Origin: Nitrospiraceae bacterium
GTDB taxonomy: Bacteria > Nitrospirota > Nitrospiria > Nitrospirales > Nitrospiraceae
DNA: 63,438 nt
NCBI GenBank assembly: GCA_040510255.1
Contig: JBEVJJ010000033.1
Location: forward strand, 1-63,438
Reading direction: 5' to 3'
A program made the translations under genes and the position numbers. The notes under the pieces were generated by a model. That model worked only from the letters and a program-made list of their open reading frames with translations, did not search any database and was not told where the DNA came from. Shown here piece after piece: positions 36,157 through 47,681 of this stretch. Every line of letters starts with the position of its first letter. The stretch's first letter is position 1.

Positions 36157-36238
36157 GCTTCCTCCTCACCGTCCCCCCCGAACTGTTGCGTAGGAAGTCC
36201 TCCTCGTCTATCACCGGAGCGATGGACAATTTCCTCAT

Positions 36239-36267
36239 AATTTACGTGAGGTTACCTTCCCTGTCAA
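36239..36267 (-). promoter_or_regulatory. Candidate sigma70 promoter for ihfA-merR-tRNA-Pro
   Basis: On the minus strand: TTGACA (36267-36262), 17-nt spacer, TAAATT (36244-36239), about 80 nt upstream of ATG 36156. Confidence 0.45.
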
Positions 36268-36304
36268 GGATTAAGTGCACGGGGATGGGCGGAGAGAATC
36301 GATC

Positions 36305-37945
36305 TTAACGGTTTTTGAGGAGAAGCTTATACTCAATACTGTCGGCCAACGCCTGCCAGCTGGCTTCCATAATATTCTCGGAAACACCGACGGTCCCCCA
36401 TTTGTCCTTGTGATCACCAGATTCGATAAGTACACGGACTTTTGATTCGGTTCCTTGATTGGCAGACAATACTCGAACCTTATAATCCAATAGTTTGACT
36501 TCGCGGAGTTCCGGATAGAACTTTTCCAATGCCTTCCGCAGCGCATGGTCCAAAGCATTCACCGGTCCTGTACCCACGGCTGCCGTATGTTCGATGGCAT
36601 CGCCGACTTGAACCATAACCGTCGCTTCGGACAGCGGTGTACCATCGTTCTGCTTCTTCTCAACGATTACGCGGAATCCCAACAGTTCAAAAGAAGCCAT
36701 ATGAGTGCCCATGGCTTTTCGCATGAGCAATTCGAAGGATCCCTCGGCGCCTTCAAATTGATACCCTTGGCTCTCTCGATGCTTCAGCGTGTCAACCAAT
36801 TCCTGCAGTTTCGCATGGCCTTTAGTGAGGGTGATCCCGAACGCCTCAACCTTTTCCTGCAGTCCGCTTCGTCCGGCAGAATCAGAAACCAACATCCGCT
36901 GTCGATTGCCCACTTTGGACGGATCAATATGCTCGTACGTAGCGGAATTTTTCAGGACGGCATGGATATGAACGCCGCCCTTATGCGCAAAGGCAGCATC
37001 GCCGACAAACGGTTGATGCTTGTTCGGCATCAGATTGGCGATTTCCGTGACAAATCCTGATACTTCTTTAAGGTGTTGTAAGCGTTCGCCTAGCGCCGGC
37101 CGGCGCATCTTCAGTTGCAGATTCGGGATGATCGAACACAAGTTGGCGTTGCCGCATCGTTCGCCGATCCCATTGATTGTACCCTGGACCTGTACAATGC
37201 CCGTGTCAATTGCGACAAGTGAGTTGGCCACAGCCATTTCACTGTCATTGTGCGCATGGATGCCAAGAGGGACTGGAATTTCTTGTTTGACCGCTTCACA
37301 AATCCTGCGGACTTCCCATGGCATCGTCCCGCCATTCGTATCACAGAGAATGACACGGTCCGCACCGGCTTCAACCGCAGCACGAACTGTTTTCAGAGCA
37401 TAATCAGGGTTGGCTTTGTAGCCGTCGAAGAAGTGTTCCGCGTCATAAAACACCCGTCGACCTTTCGACCGCAAATATTGAATTGAGTCGCTGATGAGCT
37501 CCAGATTTTTTGGCAGCGAGATATTCAACGCGTCCGTGACTTGGAACGTCCAACTCTTCCCGAAAATCGTGATCGTTTCTGTTTCCGCGGACAACAGCGC
37601 TTGGATGGTTGCGTCCTTCTGCACAGGATTGTGTGCCTTGCGAGTCGAACCAAAGGCCACCACACTGGCATGCTTGAGCGGAAGCGTCTTGATGATGCGA
37701 AAGAATTCGATGTCCTTCGGGTTCGCTCCGGGCCAGCCACCTTCGATGAACTGCACTCCTAACTCATCGAGTTTTTGAGCGACGCGTACCTTGTCCTCGG
37801 CTGAAAAGCTGACATCCTCAGCCTGCGCGCCATCTCGCAAGGTCGTATCATAAATCTCAAGCGGAGAGGGAAGAGGCCGGTCACCCTGAGGTACGGCGGG
37901 GTGAGATCCATTGCCGGAATTTCTGGAGGAACCTTTTCGTCCCAT
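36305..37945 (-). CDS. cimA: (R)-citramalate synthase type enzyme (LeuA/CimA family)
   Basis: [50 protein letters not shown], ~545 aa with a C-terminal LeuA-dimer-like regulatory domain. Length and N-terminus fit the CimA clade better than LeuA. Start is ATG 37945 or GTG 37972. Confidence 0.7.
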   Translation of the reverse strand: MGRKGSSRNSGNGSHPAVPQGDRPLPSPLEIYDTTLRDGAQAEDVSFSAEDKVRVAQKLDELGVQFIEGGWPGANPKDIEFFRIIKTLPLKHASVVAFGSTRKAHNPVQKDATIQALLSAETETITIFGKSWTFQVTDALNISLPKNLELISDSIQYLRSKGRRVFYDAEHFFDGYKANPDYALKTVRAAVEAGADRVILCDTNGGTMPWEVRRICEAVKQEIPVPLGIHAHNDSEMAVANSLVAIDTGIVQVQGTINGIGERCGNANLCSIIPNLQLKMRRPALGERLQHLKEVSGFVTEIANLMPNKHQPFVGDAAFAHKGGVHIHAVLKNSATYEHIDPSKVGNRQRMLVSDSAGRSGLQEKVEAFGITLTKGHAKLQELVDTLKHRESQGYQFEGAEGSFELLMRKAMGTHMASFELLGFRVIVEKKQNDGTPLSEATVMVQVGDAIEHTAAVGTGPVNALDHALRKALEKFYPELREVKLLDYKVRVLSANQGTESKVRVLIESGDHKDKWGTVGVSENIMEASWQALADSIEYKLLLKNR

Positions 37946-38008
37946 GGCCAAGAAGGGTAACAGGATACGCACCGGCCTGTCGAGAGTGTCTTCTGACCCG
38001 CGTGTAGC

Positions 38009-39244
38009 CTATCCTAGAGCGGGCGGCGCAGCCCTGTCCAGGCCGAACGCCGAGTGAAGGGCCCGCATGGCTAGTTCCAGATATTTTTCATCGATCACAC
38101 AGGAGATCTTAATCTCGGACGTGCTGATCATCATAATGTTCACCCCCTCGCGGGACAGGATGTCGAACATTCTTGCGGCAATCCCGGAATGAGACCGCAT
38201 GCCGACGCCGATGAGAGAGACTTTCGCCATCGACTCCGTCACCGTGACGGATTTGGCCTCGATTTCCTTGGCGATGCGCTGAACAAGATCGACCGCCTTC
38301 CGCAGATCGGTGCGAGGCACAGTGAAGGAAATATCGGTCAATGACGCTTGGCTGACGTTCTGAATGATCATATCAACTACAATACTCGCTTCAGCCACGG
38401 GGCCGAAGATTTTCGCCGCAATGCCTGGATGATCAGGTACGCCGATAATCGTAATCTTGGCCTGATTGCGGTCACCCGTCACACCGGACACCATGACGCC
38501 TTCTATATCCGCGTCTTCGTGTGTCACGAGAGTCCCCTTTCCTTCCTTAAAGCTGGAATTCACCTCGACCGGAACAGAAAATTTGGCTGCAAACTCGACC
38601 GATCGACTCTGTAGGACTTTGGCACCTAAGCTGGCCATCTCCAACATTTCTTCATACGAAATCCTGGCGAGTCTACGAGCCCCTGGGACAACATTGGGGT
38701 CGGCGGTGTAGACGCCATCGACATCGGTGAAAATAATGCACCGATCCGCCTTGAGTGCCGCCGCCAATGCGACGGCAGTCAAATCCGATCCCCCTCGTCC
38801 CAGAGTCGTCACATCAGAGCGTTCATTGATGCCTTGAAATCCCGCTACCACCGGCACAATGCCATCGGACAGTGCGTGCTTGATCCGTTCGGCAGCCACA
38901 CGCGAGATACGTGCTTTCGTATGCGCTCCATCGGTATGGATGCCGACTTGCCGACCAGTGAACGAGCATGCATTCACTCCACGGCCGCGTAGTTCCATCG
39001 CGAGCAGAGCGATCGTGACGCGTTCACCGGTAGACAGCAGCATATCCAGTTCTCGCTCGTCGGGGATGGCGGTCACTTGATGGGCGAGCTTGAGTAGCCG
39101 GTCAGTCTCTCCGCTCATTGCCGAGAGGACGACCACCACTTGATGTCCTTCTTTGCAGGAGTGTTCAATGCGCTCTGCCACATGATGAATGCGTTCGATT
39201 GACCCTACCGACGTTCCGCCATATTTTTGTACAATGAGCGCCAC
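38009..39244 (-). CDS. lysC: Aspartate kinase
   Basis: [12 protein letters not shown] with two C-terminal ACT domains; GTG start with a GGGGAG SD. Confidence 0.95.
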   Translation of the reverse strand: MALIVQKYGGTSVGSIERIHHVAERIEHSCKEGHQVVVVLSAMSGETDRLLKLAHQVTAIPDERELDMLLSTGERVTIALLAMELRGRGVNACSFTGRQVGIHTDGAHTKARISRVAAERIKHALSDGIVPVVAGFQGINERSDVTTLGRGGSDLTAVALAAALKADRCIIFTDVDGVYTADPNVVPGARRLARISYEEMLEMASLGAKVLQSRSVEFAAKFSVPVEVNSSFKEGKGTLVTHEDADIEGVMVSGVTGDRNQAKITIIGVPDHPGIAAKIFGPVAEASIVVDMIIQNVSQASLTDISFTVPRTDLRKAVDLVQRIAKEIEAKSVTVTESMAKVSLIGVGMRSHSGIAARMFDILSREGVNIMMISTSEIKISCVIDEKYLELAMRALHSAFGLDRAAPPALG

Positions 39245-39249
39245 AACAA

Positions 39250-40497
39250 TCAGCTCCCCCGAGAAAACAACCTCCCAGGGAACTTGGTCGCATCCCGAGA
39301 AGAACCATCCTGTGTCTTCACCGTCATCTCATCCAGCCTTTTCACGCCGGCGCTCTGGTGAAGTGGACCGTCACTGTAAGCGTACATCGGCGGAACCGTC
39401 GGACGGCCGTTCGAGACGGGCAGTCCCGAATCGCAAATGACGAGAAGGCGAAAGTCCTTATGCTTCCCGAGTTCCTGCAAGACCGGTCCGACCATGTCAC
39501 GGTCGAATTGTTCGACCGCGTGGACTTTTCTTTTGGCATCGGAGCTATGAAGGATGTCGTCCGCTAGACCGGCATGCACATAGAGGAAATCTTTCCGAGC
39601 CAACTCCTGCGCCATGCCTTCTCCATACCGAGAATACGGAGATGAGCTTGACGCCTCATCTTGGGACAGATCCAAACTATCCAATCCGGCACTGATGCCG
39701 ACCCCTCGATGCACATCACTCGATGCAATCACGGACCCCCTCAATTGATACCGTTCAGTGATCGGAGGCCACACGGGTGCCCGTCCCTGTCCCCATAGCC
39801 ACAAACAGTTGGCTGGTTTCAGCCCCTCCGCTTGGCGCTCACGGTTCACGGGATGCTCACGTAAGATCACGATGGACGCCTCCATCAACCTCCGCAAGAC
39901 ATCCGCCCCATCCCCGTTTGGAAGGCTGTCGGCCACCCCTCGGCCTACCACCAGCTGTGGATCCATGCACACCGAACGTACCTTCCCTCCAACCCATACC
40001 ATGAGGTGTCGATGCCCAGAGCCCGGATAGAACTGGATCGTTTCAGATCCCAACTGTTCATTGACCGCTTCGATCAACTCCCGAGCCTGGTCGGTCTGCA
40101 ATAGACCGGCCGTGGCATCGTCCATAATGACATGAGGGCCAAGCTTTTTGAGATCGGCAAACCGAGCGGAATTTCCCGGTGACGGTTCACCGCGCAACGT
40201 CACCATGGTACAGCGAAACACCACGTCATGCTCTCCAACCGACACGCCTAAGCTCGCCGCTTCAAGCGGGCCGGGTCCGGTATAGTATTTTCGCGGATCA
40301 TATCCCAGCACCGCCATAGCGGTCACTTCGCTTCCAACGCGCGATCCATCACTAGGAAGACTCAATACTCCCGATTCTCCGCTCTGCACGATGCGGTCAA
40401 GATGTGGCGTGGCAGCAACCTGGAGAGGTGTCCGCCCCTCGAGTTCAGCGCGAGGCACGTCGCCGATACCGTCGGCGTGCAAGATCACGTATTTCAT
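39250..40497 (-). CDS. Archaeal-type cofactor-independent phosphoglycerate mutase (ApgM)-like protein; proposed non-orthologous homoserine kinase
   Basis: [15 protein letters not shown]...[17 protein letters not shown] is the alkaline-phosphatase-superfamily ApgM pattern. It sits between thrC and lysC with 5-nt and 17-nt gaps. The longest ORF starts at TTG 40518. Confidence 0.55.
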   Translation of the reverse strand: MKYVILHADGIGDVPRAELEGRTPLQVAATPHLDRIVQSGESGVLSLPSDGSRVGSEVTAMAVLGYDPRKYYTGPGPLEAASLGVSVGEHDVVFRCTMVTLRGEPSPGNSARFADLKKLGPHVIMDDATAGLLQTDQARELIEAVNEQLGSETIQFYPGSGHRHLMVWVGGKVRSVCMDPQLVVGRGVADSLPNGDGADVLRRLMEASIVILREHPVNRERQAEGLKPANCLWLWGQGRAPVWPPITERYQLRGSVIASSDVHRGVGISAGLDSLDLSQDEASSSSPYSRYGEGMAQELARKDFLYVHAGLADDILHSSDAKRKVHAVEQFDRDMVGPVLQELGKHKDFRLLVICDSGLPVSNGRPTVPPMYAYSDGPLHQSAGVKRLDEMTVKTQDGSSRDATKFPGRLFSRGS

Positions 40498-40514
40498 GGA
40501 CGTATCATGAGTGG

Positions 40515-41573
40515 TCAAACATTGAGCAGGCGAGCGACCTCTTCGCGGGTAGCCTTCACCGTCTGGGGTTGGCGGGAAACGCTGATCGCGGTATCGGCAT
40601 CTTTGAGTCCATGACCAGTCAGTGTACAGACGACGGTATCGCCCTCTTTCAACGAACCGGCGCGACTCATCTTGACCACTCCGGCAACGGACGCTGCCGA
40701 CGCCGGCTCACAAAACACCCCTTCCTCAGCGGCCACAAGAGTATACGCGGCGAGGATATCTTCATCCGTCACCATATCCACCAAGCCCGAGGACTCCTCG
40801 ACCGCCTTGAGTGCAGCCTGCCAACTAGCCGGGTTGCCGATCCGTATGGCCGTCGCAACCGTCTGAGGCTCCTCGACAACCTTGCCCAAGACGATGGGAG
40901 CAGCGCCGGCCGCCTGGAATCCGATCATGCGCGGAACGCGAGAAATCTGGTTGGCAGCGCGATACTCGGTGTACCCCTTCCAATAGGCGGTGATATTACC
41001 CGCATTTCCAACGGGAAGTATATGGACCGAGGGAGCATCACCCAGTTGGTCGCACACTTCCATCGCGGCGGTCTTTTGACCTTCGATGCGGAATGGATTG
41101 ATCGAGTTCACCAATTCAACAGGATAGGTGGCGGACAGTTCCTTCACGATCGTCAAGGCTTGATCGAAATTGCCTTCAACCTGGATCACAGTCGCCTGAT
41201 GTATGATCGCTTGGGACAGTTTACCGAGAGCGATTTTTCCTGCTGGAATCAGCACATAGACAGATAGCCCGGCACGCGCTCCATAGGCCGCAGCCGACGC
41301 CGAGGTATTCCCGGTCGAAGCGCACATCACTGCCTTTACCCCATTCTCCAATGCTTTAGAGATCGCCATCGTCATGCCACGATCCTTGAACGATCCAGTC
41401 GGATTGACGCCTTCATACTTCAAATATAAGTCGACACCCGGCGCGATCCTCTTCGCAAGCCGTGTGGCACGAATGAGGGGCGTGTTGCCCTCTCCAAGCG
41501 TGATGATGGGAGTGCTTGCCGAGACCGGAAGAAACTTTCGGTACTCTTCTATAATGCCGCGCCAACGATTCAT
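40515..41573 (-). CDS. thrC: Threonine synthase
   Basis: GEGNTPLI and the PLP lysine motif [10 protein letters not shown]; 352 aa. Confidence 0.95.
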   Translation of the reverse strand: MNRWRGIIEEYRKFLPVSASTPIITLGEGNTPLIRATRLAKRIAPGVDLYLKYEGVNPTGSFKDRGMTMAISKALENGVKAVMCASTGNTSASAAAYGARAGLSVYVLIPAGKIALGKLSQAIIHQATVIQVEGNFDQALTIVKELSATYPVELVNSINPFRIEGQKTAAMEVCDQLGDAPSVHILPVGNAGNITAYWKGYTEYRAANQISRVPRMIGFQAAGAAPIVLGKVVEEPQTVATAIRIGNPASWQAALKAVEESSGLVDMVTDEDILAAYTLVAAEEGVFCEPASAASVAGVVKMSRAGSLKEGDTVVCTLTGHGLKDADTAISVSRQPQTVKATREEVARLLNV

Positions 41574-41601
41574 GCGAGTCGGCCTTTCAAGGGACGTTTC
41601 G

Positions 41602-42915
41602 TTAATCGTCCTTCCCTTCGACGCGAATCAGTGTCGTGGGTTCAGAGATAAACGGCATTGTGTCGATTTCGTGAAGCGCGTGTTGAGCATCACGCTCCCT
41701 TGCTACATGGGTCATGATAACGACCGGAACCGTTTGTCCTTCTTGCCGACCCTGCTGCAACACCTTGGAGATACTGATCCCGTGCCGGCCCAAGACCCCC
41801 GCAATCTGCGACAGCACGCCGGGGCGATCCAAGACCATGAAACGGAAGTAATAGAGCGACGAGATTTCGTCCATCGGGCGCATGCGTAACGGCCGCCGTT
41901 GATCCTGCTGAAACGACGCCGGTGGAACACGGCCGGTCGCACCCTTCAGGAGGTTTCTGGCGATGGCAATGATGTCACTCAAAACCGCGCTCCCCGTGGG
42001 TTTGGCCCCAGCACCCCGTCCATACAACACCACATCTTCCACGGCATCTCCGACAAGTTGAATCGCATTATACACGCCTTCCACCTTGGCAATTTGAGAT
42101 GTGGCGGGGACCATGGTGGGGTGGACTCGTGCCTCGATTTCGCCGTCGGAAAATTTTGCGATCGCCAAGAGTTTGATGACAAACCCAAATTCCTTCGCAT
42201 AAGCAATATCGAGCGGCGTCAGATTTACGATACCTTCAGTATAGAGATCTTTAAAATTAACCGGCGTCCCATAGGCCAAGCTCACCAAAATTGTAAGCTT
42301 GTGGGCTGAATCAATACCGGACACATCAACGGTCGGATCCGCTTCGGCATACCCGGCACGCTTCGCTTCCTCAAGCACCACCTCAAAGTGTTGTTCTTCG
42401 CTCGTCATCCGGCTCAAGATATAGTTCGAAGTGCCGTTCATGATGCCATAAATCGATTGAATGGTATTGGCCGCCAGACCTTCTGTCAGGGCTCGCACGA
42501 TTGGAATGCCGCCGCCGACGCTGGCTTCATAACCGAGATCCACGCCATAGCGGGTGGCCGCATCAAATATCTCCTCACCGTGTACGGCCAATAGCGCTTT
42601 ATTCGCGGTGACAACCTGCTTTCCCTTTGCGATGGCATCGAGCAGGACATGCTTGGCCGCGTCATATCCTCCGATCAGTTCGACCACCACATCCACATGA
42701 GGGTTGTCGATGATATCTTTGGCGCGAGTGGTCAAGATGCCAGGAGGAAGCGACAGTCCCCGGTCTCGGAGAATATCGAGATCTGCGATACCCACCAACT
42801 TGATTGGAATGCCGACTCTGCGTTGGATGAGGGACGCGTTGTCAAGCAAGATACGCGCGACCCCTGTCCCGACCGTTCCGTATCCGATAATGCCGACGCC
42901 GATTTCAGATTTCAT
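41602..42915 (-). CDS. hom: Homoserine dehydrogenase
   Basis: NAD-binding motif [10 protein letters not shown], the catalytic domain, and a C-terminal ACT domain. Confidence 0.95.
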   Translation of the reverse strand: MKSEIGVGIIGYGTVGTGVARILLDNASLIQRRVGIPIKLVGIADLDILRDRGLSLPPGILTTRAKDIIDNPHVDVVVELIGGYDAAKHVLLDAIAKGKQVVTANKALLAVHGEEIFDAATRYGVDLGYEASVGGGIPIVRALTEGLAANTIQSIYGIMNGTSNYILSRMTSEEQHFEVVLEEAKRAGYAEADPTVDVSGIDSAHKLTILVSLAYGTPVNFKDLYTEGIVNLTPLDIAYAKEFGFVIKLLAIAKFSDGEIEARVHPTMVPATSQIAKVEGVYNAIQLVGDAVEDVVLYGRGAGAKPTGSAVLSDIIAIARNLLKGATGRVPPASFQQDQRRPLRMRPMDEISSLYYFRFMVLDRPGVLSQIAGVLGRHGISISKVLQQGRQEGQTVPVVIMTHVARERDAQHALHEIDTMPFISEPTTLIRVEGKDD

Positions 42916-44108
42916 TACGGCGGACCATCGAATTTCAGTGCCTTACGGATGCCTCGGATGGCCTGGCGGGTCCGATGCTCATTCTCAACGAGGGCAAATC
43001 GGACGAACTCATCCCCGCCTTCTCCAAAGCCAATCCCAGGCGAAACCGCGACCTTTGCCTCTGCCAACAAGAGCTTTGAGAATTCCAACGATCCCATATG
43101 GCGATAGGCCCCAGGAATTCTAGCCCATACAAACATGGTCGCGCGAGGCAGGGCGACCGGCCATCCAATCCGGTTGAGTCCGTTCACCAGCACATTGCGA
43201 CGACTTTGGTATCGCTGGACGACCTCCTTGACGCAGTCCTGCGGTCCGTTCAATGCCACGGTGCTGGCGATCTGCACCGGTTGAAAGATCCCGTAATCGA
43301 GATAGCTCTTGATCTTCGCCAGCGCACCGACCACTTCACGATTCCCCACACAGAATCCGACGCGCCATCCCGGCATGTTGTAACTCTTAGAAAGTGTAAA
43401 AAATTCGACCCCGACTTCTTTGGCTTCAGGAACCTGCAGGAAGCTCGGCGCCTTGTATCCATCGAACACGATGTCCGCATAGGCCAAATCGTGGATCACG
43501 ATGACCTGGTGTTCTTTCGCAAACGCGACGATCTTCTTGAAGAATTCCAAATCAACGACGGCCGTGGTCGGATTGTGTGGAAAGTTGATGACGAGAATGC
43601 GAGGCCGCGGGAGCGTTTGTCGATAGACCCGCATCAAATCATCAAAAAAGTCGCTGTCCTGACGAAGCTCAATCCCACGGACTTCGCCGCCTGCGATGAT
43701 AAAGCTATACATGTGAATCGGGTAGGTCGGTGTGGGGGTCAATACCACATCTCCCGGTCCGATCATCGCGAGCGCCAGATGGGCGATGCCCTCCTTGGAT
43801 CCGATCGTGACGATGGTCTCACTTTCCGGATCCAGATCCACTCCGTAGCCCCGTTTGTACCACGCCGCAATGGCGTGACGAAGCTTGGTGATGCCTTTCG
43901 ACGCAGAATACCGGTGGTTCTGCGCTTTCCGACAGGCTTCGACCAGCTTATCGACAACATGGCCGGGTGTCGGCTTGTCAGGGTTCCCCATGCCAAAATC
44001 GATAATGTCTTCACCCCGATGACGCGCCTCCAGCTTCAGAGCCTGCACCTGCGCGAACACATATGGAGGAAGTCGTTTGATCCGGTAAAATCCATCTGCC
44101 ATTCCCAT
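42915..44108 (-). CDS. Class I PLP-dependent aminotransferase (AlaA/AspC-like)
   Basis: [13 protein letters not shown]-terminus and PLP lysine motif [12 protein letters not shown]. Start moved to ATG 44108 because a strong promoter lies inside the longest ORF (which reaches 44162). Confidence 0.88.
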   Translation of the reverse strand: MGMADGFYRIKRLPPYVFAQVQALKLEARHRGEDIIDFGMGNPDKPTPGHVVDKLVEACRKAQNHRYSASKGITKLRHAIAAWYKRGYGVDLDPESETIVTIGSKEGIAHLALAMIGPGDVVLTPTPTYPIHMYSFIIAGGEVRGIELRQDSDFFDDLMRVYRQTLPRPRILVINFPHNPTTAVVDLEFFKKIVAFAKEHQVIVIHDLAYADIVFDGYKAPSFLQVPEAKEVGVEFFTLSKSYNMPGWRVGFCVGNREVVGALAKIKSYLDYGIFQPVQIASTVALNGPQDCVKEVVQRYQSRRNVLVNGLNRIGWPVALPRATMFVWARIPGAYRHMGSLEFSKLLLAEAKVAVSPGIGFGEGGDEFVRFALVENEHRTRQAIRGIRKALKFDGPP

Positions 44109-44175
44109 TCGATTCAGAGCTCCTGTGGGCGGGCGCCAGCATTCATCGGCAAGAACACACACCTCAAAGTAGCGT

Positions 44176-44204
44176 ATTCTAGTTGAGGTACTTCATTGAG
44201 TCAA
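44176..44204 (-). promoter_or_regulatory. Candidate sigma70 promoter of the aminotransferase-hom-thrC-...-cimA operon
   Basis: On the minus strand: TTGACT (44204-44199), 17-nt spacer, TAGAAT (44181-44176). Confidence 0.5.
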
Positions 44205-44402
44205 TTTCCTTATAATTCTGTGGGGTTCCGTCCAACATTCCCAGCAGCACGCATGACCAATTTCGAGGAGGCAATGTCCTGCCGGCGGTCCTTGCTCACG
44301 TGTGGGTGTTTCTGTTATGAATGCGACGATTAGTGCATTTCCCCTGCGTTTGCTCGACTGCATGTCCACGCCGGCACCAACTCAGGTGGTCTTGTCTCAC
44401 TC

Positions 44403-45116
44403 ATGGCTCGTTTAGGCGTCAACATTGATCACGTAGCAACCCTGAGGCAGGCCCGGGGCGGTGCCGATCCCGATCCCTTGGCAGCCGCGGTTCTTGTGGA
44501 GCTCGCGGGAGCCGATGGGTTGGTTGTCCATCTCCGGGAAGATCGTCGGCATATCCAGGACCGGGATTTGACCCTTCTTCGCGAAATCGTTCGAACCAAA
44601 CTCGATCTGGAGATGGCGGCCGACGACACGATGGCTAAAATTGCTCTCAATGTGAAGCCAGATCTCGTGACCCTCGTTCCCGAGCGACGGCAGGAATTGA
44701 CGACCGAAGGGGGGCTAGATGTGGCTGGTCACAAGGATAAGATTCAGCGTGTGATTGACATGTTGCGCGACGGAGGCATTCCTACCAGTCTCTTCATCGA
44801 GCCGAACCTGGACCAGATCAAGGCCGCCCACAAGGTCGGTGCGACCTATGTGGAGCTCCATACCGGACGGTATGCCAATGCCAAACGGTCCAAGGAGGAG
44901 GATGAGGAGTTTGACTCGCTCTCTCAGGCCGCCAAACTTGCCTATAAACTCGGGCTGGGGGTCAATGCAGGCCATGGACTGAATTACAAGAACGTGCGAC
45001 GCATACTCCGCATCGCGGAGATCGTGGAATATAACATCGGGCATAGCATTATTGCCCGGGCCATCCTGGTAGGGCTCGAACAAGCCGTTCGGGAAATGAA
45101 GGAACTCCTTCGATGA
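44403..45116 (+). CDS. pdxJ: Pyridoxine 5'-phosphate synthase
   Basis: [20 protein letters not shown]..., a 237-aa TIM barrel with the PdxJ pattern. Confidence 0.95.
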   Translation: MARLGVNIDHVATLRQARGGADPDPLAAAVLVELAGADGLVVHLREDRRHIQDRDLTLLREIVRTKLDLEMAADDTMAKIALNVKPDLVTLVPERRQELTTEGGLDVAGHKDKIQRVIDMLRDGGIPTSLFIEPNLDQIKAAHKVGATYVELHTGRYANAKRSKEEDEEFDSLSQAAKLAYKLGLGVNAGHGLNYKNVRRILRIAEIVEYNIGHSIIARAILVGLEQAVREMKELLR

Positions 45117-45188
45117 TCCGGCACACAGAGACTCGTGCAGACTCCCGTCTCAGGTCCTAACGCACACCCTCATCGAATCGCCGAGACC

Positions 45189-46742
45189 ATGAAAATATTA
45201 ACGGCTGTACAAATGAAAGCGATCGACCGGCGGACAATCATGGAGGCGCATATCCCGAGCCGGACCTTGATGGAGCGGGCCGGTTTGGGTGTGGTGCAGC
45301 ACATTGAGAGCACCTTCTCACCGTTGAAGAATAGGCTGATCACGATCGTCTGCGGGAAAGGGAATAATGGCGGTGACGGCCTGGTGGTCGCCCGATTGCT
45401 CGCCAAAAAGAAGATCAATGTCCAGGTCATTCTGTTGGCCAAGCCGACCGAATTGAGCCGCGATGCGAAAGCCATGCATGGCCGGCTCGTCCGCGTGACC
45501 AAGAGAGGAACAATTCATGTCCTGGTCGATTTCGGCAAGCTGCAGGCACTGCTGGCTGCGAGTGACGTGATCGTCGATGCAATCTTCGGAATCGGGCTGT
45601 CCAACACGGTGACAGGGTTGTTCGGGGAGGCCATTACAGCGATCAACGGTGCAGGACGCCGTATCATTGCGGTAGACATTCCGTCCGGACTGGATGCGGA
45701 TACGGGGACAACCCTCGGCCCCACGATCCGTGCGGATCACACCGTCACGCTCGGCCTTCCTAAGCTCGGGTTGTATGTGGGGAAGGGCATCGACCATGCG
45801 GGAACGATACACGTCGTCGACATCGGTATTCCGCAATCGTTTGTGGACTCCATCGAGAGTCGAACCATGCTCATGACCCATGGCGCAGCGAAGGCGTCTC
45901 TGCCCTTGCGCTCTCAGTCGTCCCACAAGGGCACCTTCGGTCATGCCGGCCTCATCGCCGGTTCGGTCGGGAAAACCGGTGCCGCAGCCATGGCCGCTAA
46001 GGCGGCCTTAAGAGTGGGCACCGGTCTCGTGACGGTCGCCGTCCCGTCGAGCGTGAACGACACGCTTGAGACAAAATTGCTCGAAGCCATGACGGCGCCG
46101 ATGCCGGAAACGAAAGCGCGTACATTGAGCCGGTCCGGGCTGGATCGTCTCCTTACCTTCATTCGCGGGAGAAGCGCTGTCGCAATCGGTCCCGGACTGA
46201 CCACACATCACGAGACAGTCGAGTTGATTCAGGAGATCGTGAAACGACTAGACAAACCGAGTGTCCTGGACGCAGACGCCCTCAACGCTTTGGCGGGGAA
46301 GGCCTCGTTGCTGACCGAATGCAAAATTCCACCGATCCTCACTCCTCATCCCGGTGAGATGTCGCGGCTGGAAATCGATGCAACGATCGAATCAATCAAT
46401 GCGGACCGTCTCGGAACGGCAGGACGATTTGCGCGAGAACGCGGTGTCCTGGTTGTGCTGAAAGGTGCACGGACAGTCGTGGCCAGGCCGGATGGCTTGG
46501 TGGCAATTTGTCCGACAGGAAACCCTGGTATGGCCACTGCCGGCACCGGAGACGTCCTGACCGGCATGATCGTAGGTCTCCTCGCACAAGGACTCGCTCC
46601 ATGGGATGCCGCATGTACTGGAACCTATTTCCATGGACTCGCGGGCGATTTGACGGCAGCGGCACTGGGCCAAGCAGCCATGACGGCAGGTGATCTCATT
46701 GAGCACATCCCCCAAGCACTTTCGCAAACGGTTATCGCGTAA
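45189..46742 (+). CDS. nnr: Bifunctional NAD(P)H-hydrate repair enzyme Nnr (epimerase + ADP-dependent dehydratase)
   Basis: YjeF_N motif GKGNNGGDG and YjeF_C motif [11 protein letters not shown] 45189; the longest ORF starts at GTG 45135. Confidence 0.92.
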   Translation: MKILTAVQMKAIDRRTIMEAHIPSRTLMERAGLGVVQHIESTFSPLKNRLITIVCGKGNNGGDGLVVARLLAKKKINVQVILLAKPTELSRDAKAMHGRLVRVTKRGTIHVLVDFGKLQALLAASDVIVDAIFGIGLSNTVTGLFGEAITAINGAGRRIIAVDIPSGLDADTGTTLGPTIRADHTVTLGLPKLGLYVGKGIDHAGTIHVVDIGIPQSFVDSIESRTMLMTHGAAKASLPLRSQSSHKGTFGHAGLIAGSVGKTGAAAMAAKAALRVGTGLVTVAVPSSVNDTLETKLLEAMTAPMPETKARTLSRSGLDRLLTFIRGRSAVAIGPGLTTHHETVELIQEIVKRLDKPSVLDADALNALAGKASLLTECKIPPILTPHPGEMSRLEIDATIESINADRLGTAGRFARERGVLVVLKGARTVVARPDGLVAICPTGNPGMATAGTGDVLTGMIVGLLAQGLAPWDAACTGTYFHGLAGDLTAAALGQAAMTAGDLIEHIPQALSQTVIA

Positions 46743-46773
46743 GCCAGCCATTACGGACGGCATCAAACACCCG

Positions 46774-47340
46774 GTGAGACGTCCGCGCCAACCCCAATCA
46801 GGCGAGTGGACTCTCGTCCTTCGTTCCGTTGAAGACACCGGTCGATGGGGACGTTTGATCGGCCAAGCCCTAACAGGGGGGGAGGTTCTGGGACTGTGCG
46901 GAGACCTGGGTTCCGGAAAGACCACCCTTGTTCGAGGGATAGCTGAAGGCCTCGATGCCGAACACACCCGAGTCACAAGTCCCACTTTCATTCTCATTCA
47001 TCAATACCATGGCCGTTTGCCTCTTATCCATGCAGACCTCTACCGACTCGGATCCGAAACGGAGATGAGCGCAATCGGTCTCGATGAGTATTTCAATGAA
47101 ACAACCGTTGCGGCGATTGAATGGGCCGATAAATTTGCCGGAGCATTGCCTGTCGACCGACTCGATATTCTCCTCGATCATCGCACTCCACGTACACGTT
47201 GTATGACACTTAAAGCTTTAGGGTCTTGTTCCGAGAGGCTCCTCACGGCAATACGGACACAGTATCGTGCCGTTGGTTCTACTAGAGGTGGAACGCGCAA
47301 CGGCGTAAAATTGAAACCTTTCCGGAGGAGTCGGTCGTGA
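46774..47340 (+). CDS. tsaE: tRNA t6A biosynthesis ATPase TsaE
   Basis: Walker [10 protein letters not shown] with family-typical spacing, plus a ~40-aa basic C-terminal tail. GTG 46774 was chosen; the longest ORF (46690) overlaps nnr. Confidence 0.8.
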   Translation: MRRPRQPQSGEWTLVLRSVEDTGRWGRLIGQALTGGEVLGLCGDLGSGKTTLVRGIAEGLDAEHTRVTSPTFILIHQYHGRLPLIHADLYRLGSETEMSAIGLDEYFNETTVAAIEWADKFAGALPVDRLDILLDHRTPRTRCMTLKALGSCSERLLTAIRTQYRAVGSTRGGTRNGVKLKPFRRSRS

Positions 47341-47681
47341 TTCGTCTGGTGTTGGTGGGTACGTTACTGCTGCTGTCCCTCTCATTTTTTCTTCAGAATC
47401 AAGAACAGGAAGTCACACTGCGCTATTTCTTCGGGCTCCGTTCGGCTTCAACCCCCATTTATAAGCCTATCTTGGCCGCTTTCGGCATCGGCCTTTTCGT
47501 GTCAGGCATTCTTCTCTTCCCTGCATGGGTGCGCGGCAGGATTGAAATTAGACGAAAGACGAAAGCCCTGCAGGAAGCGGAAATTGATCTGGAGCGACTT
47601 CGACAATCCGTTGACAAAGCCACACGCGGGTCGGGTTCGTCTGAGACGCCGAAGTTTTCCGCGGAGCAATCTGATGGCTGA
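47337..47681 (+). CDS. LapA-domain (DUF1049) inner-membrane protein
   Basis: Two TM helices followed by a coiled tail (RRKTKALQEAEIDLERLRQ). GTGA overlap with tsaE and a GGAGGAG SD. Confidence 0.65.
   Translation: MIRLVLVGTLLLLSLSFFLQNQEQEVTLRYFFGLRSASTPIYKPILAAFGIGLFVSGILLFPAWVRGRIEIRRKTKALQEAEIDLERLRQSVDKATRGSGSSETPKFSAEQSDG

Noticed and set aside
43098-44186. 362-aa plus-strand ORF antisense to the aminotransferase. Similar long antisense ORFs occur at 57719-59206 (495 aa, opposite infB), 40404-41267 (opposite thrC), 53532-54308 (opposite pnp), 61915-62796, 45318-45944, 46392-46997 and 8693-9333.
   Set aside because: Each lies fully opposite a gene with unambiguous family motifs. Their translations are Arg/Ser/Pro/Gly-rich with no motifs, as expected for shadow ORFs in moderately GC-rich DNA. 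I saw no SD or independent signal.
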